Origin: a virus
Length of the DNA stretch: 64,000 nt
Strand: one strand, 5' to 3'
IMG/VR virus record: IMGVR_UViG_3300008261_000005
In this document: positions 60,156 to 64,000 of the stretch, piece by piece
Layout of the letters: each line of letters begins with the position of its first letter
Numbering within the stretch: the stretch's first letter is position 1
Program-made: the position numbers and the translations under genes
Notes under the pieces: model-generated
The model's input: the letters and a program-made list of their open reading frames with translations, nothing else
What the model was told of the DNA's origin: nothing
The model's database searches: none

Positions 60156-60605
60156 TTACATTAAATCAATTACATCAAAAACAGTTTGTAGTTTGGTACG
60201 CATGGTTTTGTTGCCAAAACTACTACGCAATGCTTGGTGTAAGGGTTTGGGAGATCCATCAATGGAACTCCAACACCACCCTTCGTGTTCATCACTTAAT
60301 GTTGGTATGAATTCTTCTTCTACTACGCACAGATACGTGTGAAAATTAAAGACACTGTCGTTGCTAACAAATGTTTCTAACGGCATTGTTTTAATTATAG
60401 AGGGAGGCTCGCCAATTTCTTCTTGGATTTCACGTTGGAGACCTTGCCAAGCACTTTCACCTTGGTCGTTTGTCCCACCAACCAAGCCCCATGTGCCTGC
60501 ATGTTTTCCATGAGATTTTTGTAGTAATAAAATTCTACCTGTTTGTTTGGCATAAAATACTGCCCCGCTACAGACAATTTTATCTTTTATAGTTCTAGTC
60601 TCCAT
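60156..60605 (-). CDS. Nudix hydrolase
   Basis: Canonical Nudix box G-x5-E-x7-REIQEEIG (GTNDQGESAWQGLQREIQEEIG). Confidence 0.92.
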   Translation of the reverse strand: METRTIKDKIVCSGAVFYAKQTGRILLLQKSHGKHAGTWGLVGGTNDQGESAWQGLQREIQEEIGEPPSIIKTMPLETFVSNDSVFNFHTYLCVVEEEFIPTLSDEHEGWCWSSIDGSPKPLHQALRSSFGNKTMRTKLQTVFDVIDLM

Positions 60606-62218
60606 GTACCCCTCGCATATTCGCCTTCAAAGCTCTTGCCCCATTGGACTCCGTTCCATTTGTATTGAACGTTAGTATATATGTTAGTTAGGTATATGAT
60701 CTGGTCATTTGTGGCACCAGCATCCATTACTACGCTCCACTTGTTGCCATCCCACTCAATGATGTCATTAGTGTTGGCAATAAAATCGCTGCCGTCAGCA
60801 TTCTTCCAAGCATCAGGTCCGTCTTCATTCAAGTATAGTTCGTATGTGATTACATCATCGATTGCAACAGTTGTGTCCAAACGTAATACTAACATGTCAG
60901 CAATATTAGATCCAGTTGCACTGACTTCTAACCCATTTACAAATACTTTGAAATCAGTAATTTTATCATACTCTGTGTTAGTGTCCAATCTATTACTGCG
61001 ATTTTCAGCAATCAATGTTTCTCTGATTCCGCCGCCAATGTTGTTAATAATCAAGTATCGTGTACCAACTGAAGGTGCATCTAATCCAGCACCTGGACCA
61101 CTCTTTTCTGGATCAACAATCGCATCAAATGTTCCTGGACTGTTAGGCCTACTAGTTGACGCGATATCAGTGTTGGTTGGAAAAGTGTCTGGATCCCAAC
61201 TAACAGTTAATATAGTTTCATCAAGCGGATTAAGCGCAGTAGTGCCGCTAACTTCAGTGGCGTTTTCTTGTATTAAGAACAATCTACTTACTCCTGGTCT
61301 AAATTGTCCAGGATATGGATCTAAAATAGTTCTCCAGTTTATACTGTTACCCATTTTAACACTAACATACAGCGAATTATTATTAGCATGAGTAACATTC
61401 TCGCTTGGATCTAAAATCCTAGCATTACCGCCGTGTACAGTTATGCCAAAGTTTTCAATACTGGTTTTTGCTTTGTCTAATATGTCGCTAAAGTTTGGAC
61501 CTGCCTCAACAGTATCTACACCCAAACCATCAATATAACCATTACCGGCAGAAATTCCGCCTTTATAAACACCCATTACAATATTGGTAACAACGCCAAG
61601 TGTTTTAACTTTACTTGGTGGACTGATCCATATTGGCATGTCAAATGTTAATGAAGCAACATCAATATTACTTTCTGCACCAACTGGTACTTGTCTACTG
61701 CTAAATGTCATATTAGTCAAATTGACCACGCTTAAACTGGTCCAGTCTAAGTAATTGTCAGTTGTTTGTATTTCCAAACTAGGATTAAACAACATCATAA
61801 TTTGTTCTAATATCTGCAACTTTTGTTCAGTACTTGTACTCCAAATATCTGCTTTAACTGTTAGTTTATATGGCGTCGGCATCAAACGTTCTACAGTATA
61901 GTTTTTACCCTGTGTGCTAGTATACGCACCGTCTTCAACGTCTCTTTCGCGAATGTGTACTTTGCCCACGTGAGTAGCATCTGCCAATCTTTCTCGGTCC
62001 ATTTGTAAATCAGTAATATAAACAGCAATACGCGGAGCACTGTTAATCTTATTTTCACTGTTTTGACGATTAATGTTGGCAACTTGTCTATCGCTATCAC
62101 CGTACATAACGGGCACTTGTTTAAGTGTGCCGTCACCATATTTTACTACAAAGTTGCTTAACAAACGAATTGTTTGTAACAAATAACGTCTTATCTGACC
62201 ATCATAGAAAAATTGCAT
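60587..62218 (-). CDS. gp15: Tail terminator/sheath stabiliser, gp15-like, with C-terminal extension
   Basis: MQFFYDGQIRRY..VPVMYG..MPTPYKLTVKADIW..QKLQILEQI..FNPSL, adjacent to the gp14- and gp13-like genes. Confidence 0.75.
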   Translation of the reverse strand: MQFFYDGQIRRYLLQTIRLLSNFVVKYGDGTLKQVPVMYGDSDRQVANINRQNSENKINSAPRIAVYITDLQMDRERLADATHVGKVHIRERDVEDGAYTSTQGKNYTVERLMPTPYKLTVKADIWSTSTEQKLQILEQIMMLFNPSLEIQTTDNYLDWTSLSVVNLTNMTFSSRQVPVGAESNIDVASLTFDMPIWISPPSKVKTLGVVTNIVMGVYKGGISAGNGYIDGLGVDTVEAGPNFSDILDKAKTSIENFGITVHGGNARILDPSENVTHANNNSLYVSVKMGNSINWRTILDPYPGQFRPGVSRLFLIQENATEVSGTTALNPLDETILTVSWDPDTFPTNTDIASTSRPNSPGTFDAIVDPEKSGPGAGLDAPSVGTRYLIINNIGGGIRETLIAENRSNRLDTNTEYDKITDFKVFVNGLEVSATGSNIADMLVLRLDTTVAIDDVITYELYLNEDGPDAWKNADGSDFIANTNDIIEWDGNKWSVVMDAGATNDQIIYLTNIYTNVQYKWNGVQWGKSFEGEYARGTWRLEL

Positions 62219-63402
62219 TATAAATCTGCCTTAGGTTTTAGAGCTTTACTCAATGCTTGACGCTCCACAATAACTTCGCCACCAATTTCTGCACTAGCAG
62301 TATTATTGATGAAACTAGTTTTAAGTGTTTGTTTAGTATCAGTGTTTGACATAGTCATACGTACTGCATCTTCAGTTTTTACCCAACGTGTTCCATCATA
62401 CCTAAACAATCTATTAGGCATGAAGTCAGTACGCAAGTAATAATCATTTAAATGTGCGCTTGCTGGGAAATTTATCCCATGACCAAAATCAACACCGTTA
62501 GGAGGAACACCGTCGCCTAACAAGTATCCAACATATCCACTACGTACAGCACGTCCGTGTACAGCACTAGCATCTGTCCCGCCATCTGCGTTGCCAATAA
62601 AACTTGCATCAATTGCCGTTTGATCCGCAGTTTGTAGCACTGGCTTACCAGTATTTGGATCAACAGCAAGAGTAAAGAATTGTTGTGTTTGATAACCACT
62701 TAACGGAGCATCTGCTTCAGCTTGTGCTAACAATGCATTATTAATTTCAATTTCTTTAGCATTGGTACTTAAAATATCTCTCAATGTTTGAGAAGATGGA
62801 TCTCCGTTTGCGTCTGTTGCTGGCTTATCTAATATGTCAGCAAATTGTTGAGCATCCACTATCTTTTTAAGTTTAACTCTGTACAAATGCGGGTACCAAG
62901 TAATACTAAATCCTTCACTAGCGCGACTTACATCTTCAATGACAAAGTAGCGAGGTAGAGAAAGTGTATAATCATTAAGTGCAAAATCATCACGCAAGTG
63001 CGGTAATTCCAACACATCACCACTGATTGGTTTACGACCCACAGTTGAAATCCAGTCATTGATATGAACAGTCATAAAAACTGTATCGTTGTCTATAAAC
63101 AATCCAAACTGGCTTAAATTAAAATCTAAATTCTGTACATTATAAATGCCTCGAACTTTATAAATGCTAGGGTCATATTTTCTATCCCTATTTTCCAGTA
63201 ATAAAAGATCCTGAATATTGGTCTCTTTTAGTGCATCGTAATGTGGCTCAGCAGCAGTAGCGTTTTCTTCGCTGGTGTTGACACCTATGTATTTGTGGAG
63301 ATATAAATCCGTACCACCAATTTGGAACATCTCCCCAATTTGGCGATCTATGAACTTATAATCGTTCCCTTTCTCTGGTTTATATAAACTTAGTCTTGGC
63401 AT
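62218..63402 (-). CDS. gp14: Neck protein, gp14-like (394 aa)
   Basis: Likely start is MPRLSLYKPEKGNDY at 63402; the track's upstream extension overlaps gp13. Contains LLLENRDRKYD, DLSQFGLF, GDVLELPH and WYPHLYRVKL. Confidence 0.75.
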   Translation of the reverse strand: MPRLSLYKPEKGNDYKFIDRQIGEMFQIGGTDLYLHKYIGVNTSEENATAAEPHYDALKETNIQDLLLLENRDRKYDPSIYKVRGIYNVQNLDFNLSQFGLFIDNDTVFMTVHINDWISTVGRKPISGDVLELPHLRDDFALNDYTLSLPRYFVIEDVSRASEGFSITWYPHLYRVKLKKIVDAQQFADILDKPATDANGDPSSQTLRDILSTNAKEIEINNALLAQAEADAPLSGYQTQQFFTLAVDPNTGKPVLQTADQTAIDASFIGNADGGTDASAVHGRAVRSGYVGYLLGDGVPPNGVDFGHGINFPASAHLNDYYLRTDFMPNRLFRYDGTRWVKTEDAVRMTMSNTDTKQTLKTSFINNTASAEIGGEVIVERQALSKALKPKADL

Positions 63403-63409
63403 AGTAGTA

Positions 63410-63429
63410 TATTTATCGGCAGCTAAATA
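63410..63429. promoter_or_regulatory. Back-to-back late promoters (TAAATA on each strand)
   Basis: TATATTTA-TCGGCAGC-TAAATATA between divergent gp14- and gp13-like genes. Confidence 0.65.
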
Positions 63430-63446
63430 TACACGGAGATCTAATA

Positions 63447-64000
63447 ATGTCAAATACAAGTACAATTTTAGCTGAAAGAGAAAAAGTTTATGACTACGTC
63501 CGTACCATGTTGGGCGACGGAATGGTTGACGTTGAGCTTGATCCCAAGCACTACGAAACCTCTTTAAATCGTGCTCTAGCACGATATCGTCAGCGAAGTA
63601 GCGGTGCCGTAGAAGAATCTTATTATTTCTTAGAGCTAGCGCAAGATGTTAATGATTACAGATTACCTGACGAGATTATAGAAGTTCGTAGTATTTTCCG
63701 TAGAACAATCGGCAGTAGAACAGCGGGCGGCAGCGGCGGTACACAGTTTGAACCGTTCAATTTAGCCTACACAAATACCTACTTGTTAAACAGTACAATG
63801 TTGGGAGGTATCGCAACATACGATATGTTTGCTCAATATCAAGAAATGGTGGGTCGTATGTTTGGAGCATATATTGAATTCCAATGGATTCCCACTACCC
63901 ACACATTGAGAATTTTACAGCGTCCTTTCAGTGAAGGCGAACAAGTAATGATTCGTGGCTACAACTACAGACCAGACTATATACTGTTACAAGATTTATA
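63447..64000 (+). CDS. gp13: Neck protein, gp13-like, partial (runs off right edge)
   Basis: ATG 63447 after GGAG; MSNTSTILAEREKVYDYVRTMLGDGMVDVELDPKHYE..FEPFNLAY..IEFQW. Not in the ORF track because no stop lies in the window. Confidence 0.8.
   Translation, partial: MSNTSTILAEREKVYDYVRTMLGDGMVDVELDPKHYETSLNRALARYRQRSSGAVEESYYFLELAQDVNDYRLPDEIIEVRSIFRRTIGSRTAGGSGGTQFEPFNLAYTNTYLLNSTMLGGIATYDMFAQYQEMVGRMFGAYIEFQWIPTTHTLRILQRPFSEGEQVMIRGYNYRPDYILLQDL

Noticed and set aside
1964-62699. The many 60-240-aa ORFs antisense to or out of frame within long genes
   Set aside because: They are shadow ORFs produced by codon bias, with no SD or promoter and no recognisable motifs.
63403-63582. 60-codon N-terminal extension of gp14-like ORF
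   Set aside because: It overlaps the divergent gp13-like gene and both promoters.
1-64000. Stop-codon reassignment, inteins, CRISPR arrays, tRNAs
   Set aside because: Long genes are intact under the standard code. No intein motifs were seen in portal, capsid or gp46, and no spaced direct repeats or cloverleafs were seen.

Overview
This window is a slice of a large T4-like myophage genome, and it is almost entirely virion morphogenesis genes. The order is: (1) a minus-strand baseplate operon (a giant >2,580-aa ORF running off the left edge, then gp6-, gp25-, gp5-, hub-, gp53- and gp48/54-like genes); (2) a plus-strand gp55 late sigma factor, gp47 and gp46 operon ending in a small GIY-YIG nuclease, followed by about 500 nt of hairpin-rich non-coding sequence; (3) a candidate internal protein, a gp26-like chaperone and a tape-measure gene; (4) the head module (portal, glycosyltransferase-like gene, core protein, protease, scaffold, major capsid); (5) a ~27-kb fibre/receptor-binding cluster including three paralogous RCC1 propeller proteins; and (6) Nudix, gp15-, gp14- and gp13-like genes. 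Late genes are preceded by a TAAATA motif. The best leads are the GIY-YIG gene with its adjacent structured non-coding element (21029-21960), an apparent -1 programmed frameshift extending the gp26-like chaperone (U-UUU-UUC at 23025-23031), a sialyltransferase-like gene inside the head operon, and a set of receptor-binding proteins sharing one N-terminal module. All family assignments come from motif recognition by eye; no database searches were run.
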